Part shown: one piece after another, positions 28,963 to 38,109 of the stretch
Position numbering within the stretch: position 1 is the first letter of the stretch
How the letters are laid out: each line of letters starts with the position of its first letter
From: Nitrospirota bacterium
GTDB taxonomy: Bacteria > Nitrospirota > UBA9217
NCBI GenBank assembly: GCA_963790205.1
Contig: CAWBNQ010000014.1
Span: 256,001 to 320,000 of the forward strand
Length of the DNA: 64,000 nucleotides
Direction: 5' to 3'
The notes under the pieces: model-generated
Seen by the model: only the letters and a program-made list of their open reading frames with translations
Database searches by the model: none
Told to the model about the DNA's origin: nothing
Program-made: the position numbers and the translations under genes

Positions 28963-31900
28963 TCATCTTATCGTGAAGGTACGAGCATTGGAGGCGCCGC
29001 CCCCCGGTGCGGGATTGAACACCGTCACCTGGGCCGTCCCCGGCGCCGCAATGTCCGAAGCCGGTATTGCCGCGGTCAACCGGGTCGAAGATACATAGGT
29101 CGTCGTGCGGTTCGATCCATTCCAGCGTACTACTGAGCTGCTCACAAAATTGCTGCCAGTGACCGTGAGGGTAAAACCGGTTCTACTGGCTCGCCGTGAT
29201 GAAGGACTGAGGCTCGTTATCGAAGGCACGGGATTATTGACCGTGAAGGTCTGGGCATTGGAAGTTCCGCCGCCCGGGGCCGGGGTAAACACCGTCACCG
29301 TGGCCGTTCCCGCCAGCGCAATGTCCGAAGCCGGTATCGACGCCGTCAACTGGGTCGAGGATACATAGGTCGTCGTGCGGTTCGATCCATTCCAGCGCAC
29401 CGCTGAGTTGGACACAAAGCCGGTGCCATTAACGATCAGCGTGAAGGCCGTTCCTCCGGCTGTCCGGGATGTTGGGCTGAGGCTCGTTATTGCAGGCACG
29501 GGATTATTGATCGCATTGATCGTGAAGGTTTGGGCATTGGAAGTTCCGCCTCCCGGCGCGGGATTGAACACCGTCACGGAAGCCGTTCCCGCCAGCGCAA
29601 TGTCCGAAGCCGGTATCGCCGCCGTCAGCCGGGTCGCAGACACATACGTCGTCGTACGGCTTGCTCCATTCCATTGCACTATTGAACCGGCGACGAAGCC
29701 GCTGCCATTGACGGTCAGCGTGAACGCCGTTCCTCCGGCTGTCCGTGATGCTGGGCTCAGGCTCGTTATCGCGGGCACGGGATTATCGGTCGTAGTGATC
29801 GTGAAGGTTTGGGCGTTGGAAGTGCCGCCGCCCGGCGCGGGATTGAACACCGTCACGGAAGCCGTGCCTGCCGCTGCTATGTCAGCAGCCGATATCGCCG
29901 CCGTCAACTGGGTCGAGGATACATAGGTCGTCGTGCGGTTCGCCCCATTCCAGCGCACCGCCGAGCTGGTTACGAAGCCGCTGCCATTCACGGTCAGTGT
30001 GAACGCCGTTCCTCCGGCTGTCCGTGATGCTGGGCTGAGGCTCGTTATTGCAGGCACGGGATTATTGATCGCATTGATCGTGAAGGTTTGGGCATTGGAA
30101 GTTCCGCCGCCTGGGGCCGGGGTAAACACCGTCACTGAGGCCGTGCCTGCCGCTGCTATGTCAGCAGCCGATATCGCCGCCGTCAACTGGGTCGAGGATA
30201 CATAGGTCGTCGTGCGGTTCGATCCATTCCATTGCACCGCCGAGTTGGACACGAAGCCGGTGCCGTTGACGGTGAGCGTGAAACCTGAACCTCCGGCTGC
30301 AGCGGACGCCGGCGACAGACTGTTGATGACCGGTATGGGTGCCCCTGACGTACCGGAAAGGTAGGGTATCCTGATCTCGGTGAGAACAGGCGAGCTTGAT
30401 GGATCGCTGGTGGTCAACCCCAGCTGGTACTGGATCCAGCGTCTGTTCGCGCTCATGAGGCCCGAGCCGCTCGTACTATAGCAGTCCGACCAGGAGGCAG
30501 TGGCAAGTTGATCGGACGAGTCGGCGGTCCGGGTTTGGACGCAAACGTTCGTGCCGCCCCCTGCGGTCGCGTCCCAGGACACGGCCTGCCACTGCGCGCC
30601 ATCCCCGCCATCATAGGCCGAAGATAATAATACGCCGCTGCTGCCGTATGCCGGCAGAGTGGCCACTACTATGTCATCGACTGTTATTGTGTACGGTGGA
30701 TCCCATGTCCACCAATCCACGCTTATACCGCCGCTCAAATAGGGCGGCCGGGAGTCATAATTATTATCCGTCACGTCGATCTTCAGGACCCCGTCGTAAT
30801 ACACGAGGATACGATTCCCCATGAAGGTCATCTGGAGCGTGTGCCAGCCCGTGCCCACATCGGGCAGGCTGACCTGCTGCATCGGTACGCCATCATACGG
30901 ACCGCCATTGATGTCCGTCCAACCCCGGAACTTCCACAATTGCAGCAGATTCGACCCGCCCGGCGATCCTGCCGGGTAGACCCATGCGCCGTAGTGGGCG
31001 CCGGTAGCCGGGTCTACACGACCGCCGATGCCGCCCCCGAACGACCCGGCCGGCATCTGGATGCGCCCTTGCACCCTATAGTCGGCCCATTGGGGCGTGG
31101 TGGAAATATAGGCATAGGAATACTCGTCCGGGGTGCCCGACCCATGCATCACCCCTCCTGTTACCGTCCATGTCCCCATTGGCACGAGCCATGGTAATGG
31201 CGGGTCCGGCGGTCGGGTAAAGTCATCCGAAAACAATACGGAACTTGTGGTGGCAAGACCGATCTGGCCACTGATACTGTTATCAATGCCGCTGGCCGAA
31301 TTATAACGCGTTGAATCCGCCCAAATGGACTGCCCTCCGCCGCCGACCCAGTTGGTCTGGGTCCAGATCACAGCCTGAGGGCTATTGATCAAGAATGTTT
31401 GCGCGTTCGAGGTCCCCCCGCTCGGTGCGGGATTGAACACCGTCACCTGGGCCGTCCCCGCCGCCGCGATGTCCGCAGCCGGAATCGCCGCGGTCAACTG
31501 GGCCGCAGAAACAAACGTCGTCGTGCGGTTCATCCCATTCCATTGCACTACCGAGCTGGACACAAAGCCGCTGCCATTCACCGTTAGCGTGAAGGCCGCC
31601 CCTCCAGCCGTACCGGATGACGGACTCAGGCTCGCCGTCGCGGGTACGGGATTGCCGATCGTATACTGCACCTGCACGCTGGATGTTGTTGCGCCAACAC
31701 GGACTTTTATCGTGTTCCCGATGGTACGGTAGTCAGCGGGGTCAGCCGGCGCACCATTAATGAAGACCTGGGAATTGTTGACAACCTGATCGCTCCCGTT
31801 GGGAAAGGCCATTTCAACGGCAGTACCGGGGTCGGTGGCCCCGGTGATCGTGGCCTGTGAGATGACCGTATTGCCTGTTACGCTATACGAAGGCGTGACA

Positions 31901-33702
31901 ACGGCATTGGACCGCACTTGCCACCAGTCGGATATTCCCACTGCATTGGTTGCCCACATTCGGGGTTTAGCAACACCATACTTCACATACTGCCCTATCA
32001 TGGTGCCGTCGTTCGAGGGGATATGCCCGTAGAGATTGATCAGGGCGCCGAGGTCATGATAGAAATCAACGGCTGCCCGCATCGATGCCGTCGTGAAATC
32101 TTCAATGGCGATGGGGACTTCGGCGCCGATATACCAGTCGCTCGCCGGTATTGAAACGTGATAAAAACGCAGGCCCGGTGATTCATACGATAGCGTCCAG
32201 TGTGGAAAGGGGCCGATCTTCTGCTCGCCCTTGCTTATGGTCGCGGTGCCTAGCTCCTCCAGGATTTGGTAAGAACCTTCCCGCGTCGAGTTAAAGTAAG
32301 GAGAAGCCCAGGTGCGGGGACAGTTGCCTGCCGAACCGCATCCTGCCCGTCCATTGTCCACGCCTGCCATCCACCCTTCTATGTCCTGGAAGGTCGAGGA
32401 AATAGACGCTTTAGCATATGCTCTGCCGCTTGCATAGCCCGGGGGAGTTACATCCAGTGCCTCATCCGGTCCCCAGTGCCAGTAATCTACATCACCGATA
32501 GTCAGGGCGGTATTTACAGGGTTCTTCAAGCCCCCGTTGTGCGACCCGATCGTCGCCCCGTAGTTCGTAATGGCTCTTCGCAGGCTGGCAATTACGGTGT
32601 TTTTGTCAGCCATTTCCTGCCGGAGCGTGCCTGTACAAAAGTAGTAATCGCCCTTTGCGCCGGCTGCATTTTCGAACGAGGCGGAGTTTTCGATGGATCG
32701 TATCATTGTTTGGTCATTCTCACAGTCATGCCTGACGATAAAAGCCGCGTCGTAATCGTATCGCCACGGACTCAGCTTGATGATCGGGAGATCAGCGGCC
32801 TCGAAGGCCCACTCGATCGCATGACGGTAAATGAGATAGGTGTACATGGCCGGGTCATGGACCGTGTGACCGATAAGCGGCTGCAGCGCGCCATGGTAGA
32901 CAAAATTCCCCTTTCCGTATTGCCTGGTCGCGAGCAGCGGTCCTGTATCGCCGTTGGCAATGACCGTAGCGCCTGCGGCGGAAACCTGGAACTCGTGGTG
33001 GTTCCCGTGCAAGTCGTGATTAGGCGATACGCCATAAGGGATCTCCTCCGAGCTTTGCGGCATGCGCCAGGCGATCGTGCCCGTCGGAATACCGGCGGCC
33101 AAACGGTGATCGACAGCTTTGGAGAAGTGCATGTTCCAGTCCCAGTTCTGAAGGTTGGAGTGCACCATGCGCAGCCCCATCTCATTGGCAAGGGCAAAAT
33201 CCCCCCGCGTGGCGCCGTCCGGGTTGCGTGTAAATGCCGATGAGCCGATGAAGAGGAATCCGCCGGCAGCGACGTAAGCACGCAGCGGAGCGACCTCGTT
33301 ATCAGCGATCGCTTCAGCGGCCAGGCTGACCACAATAGGGTATCTGGGTGACCCATCGGGGTAAAGCAGGCGGCCGGCCGCAATATCGGCGTCGTTCACC
33401 TCGGCAAATGGCGTGCCGTCCGAGCGAAGCATCTCTTCCAATGACATGGGCATCACGAGATAATGCCAGTCAGCGACCCACCATTCGTAGCCCGTTGTCC
33501 CCGGCCCGGCAGGCGTGGGAGACTTGGCAGGGACCGTCTCTAAATTCTGCGTCAGCTCGGAGATGTGGACGGCCACGAAAGGAAGAGGAGGTTGCTGGGC
33601 GATCGCTTGGCGTGGAGCTGCTGAAAGACCCGCGAGGAGAAGGGACATTGCCAGGGCAATTTGAAACATAACCTTATGAGATGCGAACAATATTTTTTTC
33701 AT
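28963..33702 (-). CDS. Secreted modular protein: GATase-like + deacetylase-like barrel + IPT/TIG + ConA-like domain + 5 IPT/TIG repeats
   Basis: Head paralogous to 24966-28736 ([16 protein letters not shown]); NPVP.ITSLSP....G...FTLTVNG.GF...S.V.WNG..RTTTYVS.TQLTA repeats. Confidence 0.85.
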   Translation of the reverse strand: MKKILFASHKVMFQIALAMSLLLAGLSAAPRQAIAQQPPLPFVAVHISELTQNLETVPAKSPTPAGPGTTGYEWWVADWHYLVMPMSLEEMLRSDGTPFAEVNDADIAAGRLLYPDGSPRYPIVVSLAAEAIADNEVAPLRAYVAAGGFLFIGSSAFTRNPDGATRGDFALANEMGLRMVHSNLQNWDWNMHFSKAVDHRLAAGIPTGTIAWRMPQSSEEIPYGVSPNHDLHGNHHEFQVSAAGATVIANGDTGPLLATRQYGKGNFVYHGALQPLIGHTVHDPAMYTYLIYRHAIEWAFEAADLPIIKLSPWRYDYDAAFIVRHDCENDQTMIRSIENSASFENAAGAKGDYYFCTGTLRQEMADKNTVIASLRRAITNYGATIGSHNGGLKNPVNTALTIGDVDYWHWGPDEALDVTPPGYASGRAYAKASISSTFQDIEGWMAGVDNGRAGCGSAGNCPRTWASPYFNSTREGSYQILEELGTATISKGEQKIGPFPHWTLSYESPGLRFYHVSIPASDWYIGAEVPIAIEDFTTASMRAAVDFYHDLGALINLYGHIPSNDGTMIGQYVKYGVAKPRMWATNAVGISDWWQVRSNAVVTPSYSVTGNTVISQATITGATDPGTAVEMAFPNGSDQVVNNSQVFINGAPADPADYRTIGNTIKVRVGATTSSVQVQYTIGNPVPATASLSPSSGTAGGAAFTLTVNGSGFVSSSVVQWNGMNRTTTFVSAAQLTAAIPAADIAAAGTAQVTVFNPAPSGGTSNAQTFLINSPQAVIWTQTNWVGGGGQSIWADSTRYNSASGIDNSISGQIGLATTSSVLFSDDFTRPPDPPLPWLVPMGTWTVTGGVMHGSGTPDEYSYAYISTTPQWADYRVQGRIQMPAGSFGGGIGGRVDPATGAHYGAWVYPAGSPGGSNLLQLWKFRGWTDINGGPYDGVPMQQVSLPDVGTGWHTLQMTFMGNRILVYYDGVLKIDVTDNNYDSRPPYLSGGISVDWWTWDPPYTITVDDIVVATLPAYGSSGVLLSSAYDGGDGAQWQAVSWDATAGGGTNVCVQTRTADSSDQLATASWSDCYSTSGSGLMSANRRWIQYQLGLTTSDPSSSPVLTEIRIPYLSGTSGAPIPVINSLSPASAAAGGSGFTLTVNGTGFVSNSAVQWNGSNRTTTYVSSTQLTAAISAADIAAAGTASVTVFTPAPGGGTSNAQTFTINAINNPVPAITSLSPASRTAGGTAFTLTVNGSGFVTSSAVRWNGANRTTTYVSSTQLTAAISAADIAAAGTASVTVFNPAPGGGTSNAQTFTITTTDNPVPAITSLSPASRTAGGTAFTLTVNGSGFVAGSIVQWNGASRTTTYVSATRLTAAIPASDIALAGTASVTVFNPAPGGGTSNAQTFTINAINNPVPAITSLSPTSRTAGGTAFTLIVNGTGFVSNSAVRWNGSNRTTTYVSSTQLTASIPASDIALAGTATVTVFTPAPGGGTSNAQTFTVNNPVPSITSLSPSSRRASRTGFTLTVTGSNFVSSSVVRWNGSNRTTTYVSSTRLTAAIPASDIAAPGTAQVTVFNPAPGGGASNARTFTIR
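30262..31365. repeat. ~1.1-kb near-identical duplication with 39400-40505
   Basis: Direct comparison shows the same DNA at offset ~9138, encoding the ConA-like module. Confidence 0.9.
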
Positions 33703-33734
33703 AGTCCAATCCGTCCTGTATCAGACATGATGAT

Positions 33735-35006
33735 CTACTGGATTCGACCAGCCCTTATCGCATCATACGAGCCCTCGAACATAATGGCCTTGTGGGCTTT
33801 ATCGGCAACATGAGCTGACAGCCTTTCCCTGGCCTCGGCGCCGCATGCGACTGCCAGCCGTATGATCTGACAGATCTTTCTTATCTCATCCGGACCGACA
33901 GCAGTACCCGTAGGAAGAGAAAGCACTCGCTTTACGAGCCTCTCGGTTTCGGGCAGCACCAGCCCCGCTTGAGGAAAATAGGAACGATAGGGTTCCATCC
34001 GGTGACAGCCGGGGTAGAAATAGCGCCGCGCCAGAACATTTTCAGCATGGAGAATGTCCACGATCTGGTCCCGGGTCACGTGGGTCAAGGATTCGTCTAT
34101 CTCAAGGATGACATATTGATAGTTGCACTTCTCCTTCCGGTCATACTTGATGAGTCTCACTCCCGGCAAGCCTGTCAGCTCCTGTTCATAGGACTTATAA
34201 TTTGCGGAATTTACCGCAATGAACTCATCCAGACTTTCGAGATTCGTCAAGCCCATCAGCGCCGACAACTCGTTCATCTTTCCGTTCGTTCCGATATAGA
34301 TGACGTTGTCATATCCCGAGAACCCGAAATTCTTCATCAGGCGGATCTTGCCGGCCAGGGCATCGTCATCGGTAACGATTGCTCCCCCTTCGCAGGTGTT
34401 GAAGAACTTTGTTGCATGGAAGCTGAAGACCTCGGCGCTTCCGAAGCTGCCGATCATCCCGCCTTTGTAAGAACAGCCGAAGCCATGGGCCGCATCGAAC
34501 AGCAGTTTTAAATGATGGGCGGCTGCGATCTCTTCCAATGCTTCAATGTCGCAGGGGCGGCCCCAGAGATGCACGCCGATGATCCCGGTCGTCCGGGGCG
34601 TGATCATCTTTTCAATGCAGGAGGGATCGATCGTGTGTGTTCCTGGATCGATATCGCAAAAGACCGGGGTGATCTCCTGCCATTGCAGCGCATGCGCGGT
34701 GGCAACAAAGGTGAACGAAGGAACAATGACCTCGCCTGTTAACTCGAGAGAACGGATGGCGATCTCCAGGGCAACCGTGCCGTTGCACATGGCAATGCAA
34801 TGCTTGACCCCGATCATGTCAGCAATTCGCCGCTCGAATTCCTGCACATAAGGTCCGTTGTTGCTCAGCCACCTCCTGTCAAGCATATCGTTGATGCGCT
34901 CGAGCAGACGCTCCCGGTTCCCGATATTGGGGCGTCCGACATGGAGCGCTTCTTGAAAAGCAGGAGCTCCGCCAAAGACAGCCAGATCATCCACGGTCTT
35001 TTTCAT
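33735..35006 (-). CDS. vioA: dTDP-4-keto-6-deoxyglucose aminotransferase (DesI/VioA-like, DegT family)
   Basis: DLAVFGG.PAF...LHVGRPN, WLSNNGP.V.EFE, GVHLWGRPC, FDAAH, FSFHATK closely follow DesI as recalled. Confidence 0.85.
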   Translation of the reverse strand: MKKTVDDLAVFGGAPAFQEALHVGRPNIGNRERLLERINDMLDRRWLSNNGPYVQEFERRIADMIGVKHCIAMCNGTVALEIAIRSLELTGEVIVPSFTFVATAHALQWQEITPVFCDIDPGTHTIDPSCIEKMITPRTTGIIGVHLWGRPCDIEALEEIAAAHHLKLLFDAAHGFGCSYKGGMIGSFGSAEVFSFHATKFFNTCEGGAIVTDDDALAGKIRLMKNFGFSGYDNVIYIGTNGKMNELSALMGLTNLESLDEFIAVNSANYKSYEQELTGLPGVRLIKYDRKEKCNYQYVILEIDESLTHVTRDQIVDILHAENVLARRYFYPGCHRMEPYRSYFPQAGLVLPETERLVKRVLSLPTGTAVGPDEIRKICQIIRLAVACGAEARERLSAHVADKAHKAIMFEGSYDAIRAGRIQ

Positions 35007-35081
35007 CTCAAATCTCCGATCGTTAGAGAGCTTTTCGCAAACATCTTCTCAGATGCAGGCTCACGATGTCGTAATAGTTCA

Positions 35082-36236
35082 TCAAACAGTGACGGCTTGC
35101 ATCCAGCGCGCAAGGACCCGCTCGCGTCCGTTGCCTTCAGCAGCAAGGATCCTCGCAAGCTTGGATTCGATGGCCGCCTGCGCCTCCCGGCCTTCCAGGT
35201 ACAGCTCCCAGATCGGAGTTCCGTGGAGCGTGCTCAATGCGCCCATCGCCTTGGCCAGGGAGAGCCGGTCCACCATCTCGTCGTATCTCGCGATCTCCCG
35301 CTGGTGAGTTTCGTACAGCCTGGTCCCGAGCACCTGCGACAGGGGCTCGTAGTCGCTGTACTCGCCGGGCCGGTGGTTCTCGACCCCCGTGGGCGCCGGA
35401 TCGAATATACAGAAGAGCGTTACATGGCCGTCGACGATGTGGACCTCGTGCTTGTTGCGAAGAAATTGCCGGCTCCGGGTCGCCTCGTTGATGCGGCACT
35501 CTTCTTCGGGACTCCCGGCGGCCTCGTTCAGGTGATAGGTTGAGTCGCCGTCGAGAGGGTACCACGGGCCCCAGACCTGCTTCGACGCATCGTAGGGGTG
35601 CTGCGCCATACGCACGCGTGCGTTCCCTTGCACATCGTAGCAGACGTTGCACTCCGTCCGGGAGTTGTAGGACATCTTGAACACCGGCTCCCCGTCCTGG
35701 TTTTTGGGAAGTCCGGCCACATCGAACATGGTGGTCCGGAACCACGAGACGGGATGGCCGGATTTCGACAGAAGGACCGGGTCGTGGTGCAGGAAGATCC
35801 GGCGGCTCAGGTACTGGGGCGTAAAGGCCCACCGAAGGGACTGAGGTCCGGAAGCACAGGCTGCGAGAAATGTCTCGTCGCGAAGCAGCAGGCGCCTGCC
35901 GCGCGCCTGCGAGGCCGACGCGCTCGACACCTGCAGCAGTTCGGTCCCCGGTTCCGCGTCAAGAACACTCTCCAGGCCGGGCGGAAGATAGAGGTGGACG
36001 CCTTCCTCCAGGTAAAAGGGGTTTCTGTTGTCACCGGCCAGGTGAAGTCTTCCCTTTCCTCGATGAACGCTGATGATGTGACCAACGCTCGTTTTCGTCT
36101 CGAGGCTGCCGGCCTCGATGAACCGGATGCGATCGATGTCCAGCCCTTCGGGATGGATCTCGTGACTCAGGATCCTGGCTCTCGCGAAGGGCTCTCCGGA
36201 TTTGCGACTCCAGTTGTTTTTGATGAGCTTTTGCAT
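35082..36236 (-). CDS. Bicupin protein with ectoine synthase (EctC)-like C-terminal cupin
   Basis: SD AGGAGG before ATG 36236; YLSRRIFLHHD, SY..RTECNVC..V.G, TYHLNE, NKHEV, LFCIFDPAPTGVENH parallel EctC motifs. Confidence 0.6.
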   Translation of the reverse strand: MQKLIKNNWSRKSGEPFARARILSHEIHPEGLDIDRIRFIEAGSLETKTSVGHIISVHRGKGRLHLAGDNRNPFYLEEGVHLYLPPGLESVLDAEPGTELLQVSSASASQARGRRLLLRDETFLAACASGPQSLRWAFTPQYLSRRIFLHHDPVLLSKSGHPVSWFRTTMFDVAGLPKNQDGEPVFKMSYNSRTECNVCYDVQGNARVRMAQHPYDASKQVWGPWYPLDGDSTYHLNEAAGSPEEECRINEATRSRQFLRNKHEVHIVDGHVTLFCIFDPAPTGVENHRPGEYSDYEPLSQVLGTRLYETHQREIARYDEMVDRLSLAKAMGALSTLHGTPIWELYLEGREAQAAIESKLARILAAEGNGRERVLARWMQAVTV

Positions 36237-36318
36237 GGACTCCTCCTTCTCCTCAACAAATATAGGCCGCGACAGTACGAGCAAATCAAAACCCATTAAA
36301 AAATCCGCTGTTCCGTTC

Positions 36319-37926
36319 CTAAGTTCCCGGACGGGAGACTAATTCATTGAGATCACTCAGCTTCTTCCTGTCAACCTTACCGGATGAGGTCGTCGGCAGA
36401 CAGTCGCGGAATTCAACGATCTCCGGTATCATGTATTTCGGGAGTTGTTGAGAACAATACTTCAAGACATCGTCCCGTTTGATCGTACCCGGGGTCATGG
36501 GAACGATGATCACCGCGATCCTGTTTCCTATGAGCTCGTCGGGGATCGGGATGACCACGGCGTTCTTCACTTCCGGATGATTGCACAGAACTGTTTCTAT
36601 TTCCCCGATCTCGATCCTGTACCCCCGGCTCTTTATCATGTGGTCCTTCCGGCCCAGGAACACATAGTTGCCGTCAGGGTCGAGATGGACCAGGTCGCCG
36701 GTCTTGTAAACCCTCTCATTCAGGTCGGGCCTGAGGGGGTTCTTTACAAAGGCCTTCTCCGTTTTTTCAACTTCTCCCCAATATCCTGCCGCGACCGTGG
36801 ACGCCCTCACATAGAGTTCACCCTCCTGTCCCGGCCTGGTGACCTGCTTGCCCTCTTCATCCAGGGCGAAAACATCGAAGTTCGGCAGCGGTCTGCCGAT
36901 GGGAAGCGATGCTTTGGCGTCTGCGGGGAGTTGGTCGACCCAATAATAGGTTGAAGAGTTCGCTTCCGTCTGGCCGTACATGTTGCAGAACCTTGCTTTG
37001 GGGACGGCTTCCTGGAGCCGCCGCAGATATTTCAGGGGAAATTGTTCTCCGGCAAAAAGGATCAATCGCAGACTTGACAGATCGTGGCTGTCCAGATTCT
37101 TATACGACGCCAAAAGGGAAAGCGCTGACGGCACCGAATTCCATACCGATATCCTGTTCTTCGCAATGACCTCGGCCAATTTTATGGGGAAGACGGCAGT
37201 GGTCTCCGGAATAATGACCACCGTCGCTCCTGCCTTGAATGCAACGAAGAGGTCGAAGACGGACATGTCGAAGTGCAGGGGGCAGATGTTGGAGAACCGG
37301 TCATTCGTCTTGATCTGAAAAAAATCATGTGCCGAGTTCACGAAGGTCAGGGAGTTCAGGTGCGACAGCATGACACCCTTGGGATTGCCTGTCGAGCCGG
37401 ACGTGAACAATATATAGGCCAGATCTGAATCTATCGTATTCACGCAGGGAGCGTCTTCTCCTGCGGTCTTCCGGGCCTCCTGCCAGTCGATCAGTTTCGT
37501 CGATCCGGGCAACCGGGCGACTGAATCCAGGCCGTTCATCACAACAATGCTTTCCAGGGGAGAGTTTGCAGGAAACACCTGCCCTATCATGGCCAGCTTG
37601 TCCCGTGAGGCAAGCATGTACTTTATTTCGCACTTGTTTATGATATAGTTGAGGCGGCCCGGCGGACAGAGTGGATCGACGGGAACATACGTCGCGCCCG
37701 CCTTCAGGATCCCGAAAGCCCCCGTTATGGAAGCTATGCCGCGATTCAGATAAATTCCTACCCGCGCCCCTCTTTCTATTCCGATTCCCGACAGATGGGA
37801 AGCCAGCCTGCTGCTTTCCCTGTCCAATTCGGCAAAGGTCACGGTGTCGTTTTGAAAGACCAGCGCCTCTTTGTCCGGATATTTCGCCGCGCTTTCTGAC
37901 AATACGTGGTGAAGTAAGCAAACCAT
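36319..37926 (-). CDS. Stand-alone amino acid adenylation enzyme (PltF/RedM/AnaC/DltA-like carrier-protein ligase)
   Basis: LAYILFTSGSTGNPKG, HFDMS, NMYGQTE, YKTGDL, GRKDHMIKSRGYRIEIGEIE, LPKYMIP, SGKVDRK; no C or T domain. Confidence 0.92.
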   Translation of the reverse strand: MVCLLHHVLSESAAKYPDKEALVFQNDTVTFAELDRESSRLASHLSGIGIERGARVGIYLNRGIASITGAFGILKAGATYVPVDPLCPPGRLNYIINKCEIKYMLASRDKLAMIGQVFPANSPLESIVVMNGLDSVARLPGSTKLIDWQEARKTAGEDAPCVNTIDSDLAYILFTSGSTGNPKGVMLSHLNSLTFVNSAHDFFQIKTNDRFSNICPLHFDMSVFDLFVAFKAGATVVIIPETTAVFPIKLAEVIAKNRISVWNSVPSALSLLASYKNLDSHDLSSLRLILFAGEQFPLKYLRRLQEAVPKARFCNMYGQTEANSSTYYWVDQLPADAKASLPIGRPLPNFDVFALDEEGKQVTRPGQEGELYVRASTVAAGYWGEVEKTEKAFVKNPLRPDLNERVYKTGDLVHLDPDGNYVFLGRKDHMIKSRGYRIEIGEIETVLCNHPEVKNAVVIPIPDELIGNRIAVIIVPMTPGTIKRDDVLKYCSQQLPKYMIPEIVEFRDCLPTTSSGKVDRKKLSDLNELVSRPGT

Positions 37927-37973
37927 TCTCATGACCCCCATCGGATGTTCGCGATCATTCAATTCAAAATTTC

Positions 37974-38090
37974 CCAACCCTGGCAAGCCGGAACAAAAGC
38001 GCGTCTCTCGCAAAGCACGCAAAGGGCGCAACGTTATGGACCCGAGGATCCTGCTTGTCTTTGCGAGCTTTGCGCCTTTGCGAGAAAATT
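37974..38090. repeat. Intergenic palindromic (REP/MITE-like) element
   Basis: tctcgcaaagcacgcaaag ... ctttgcgcctttgcgaga arms plus the caagccggaac motif shared with 19795-19905. Confidence 0.6.
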
Positions 38091-38109
38091 TCTTCCCATT
38101 TTGGACGGA

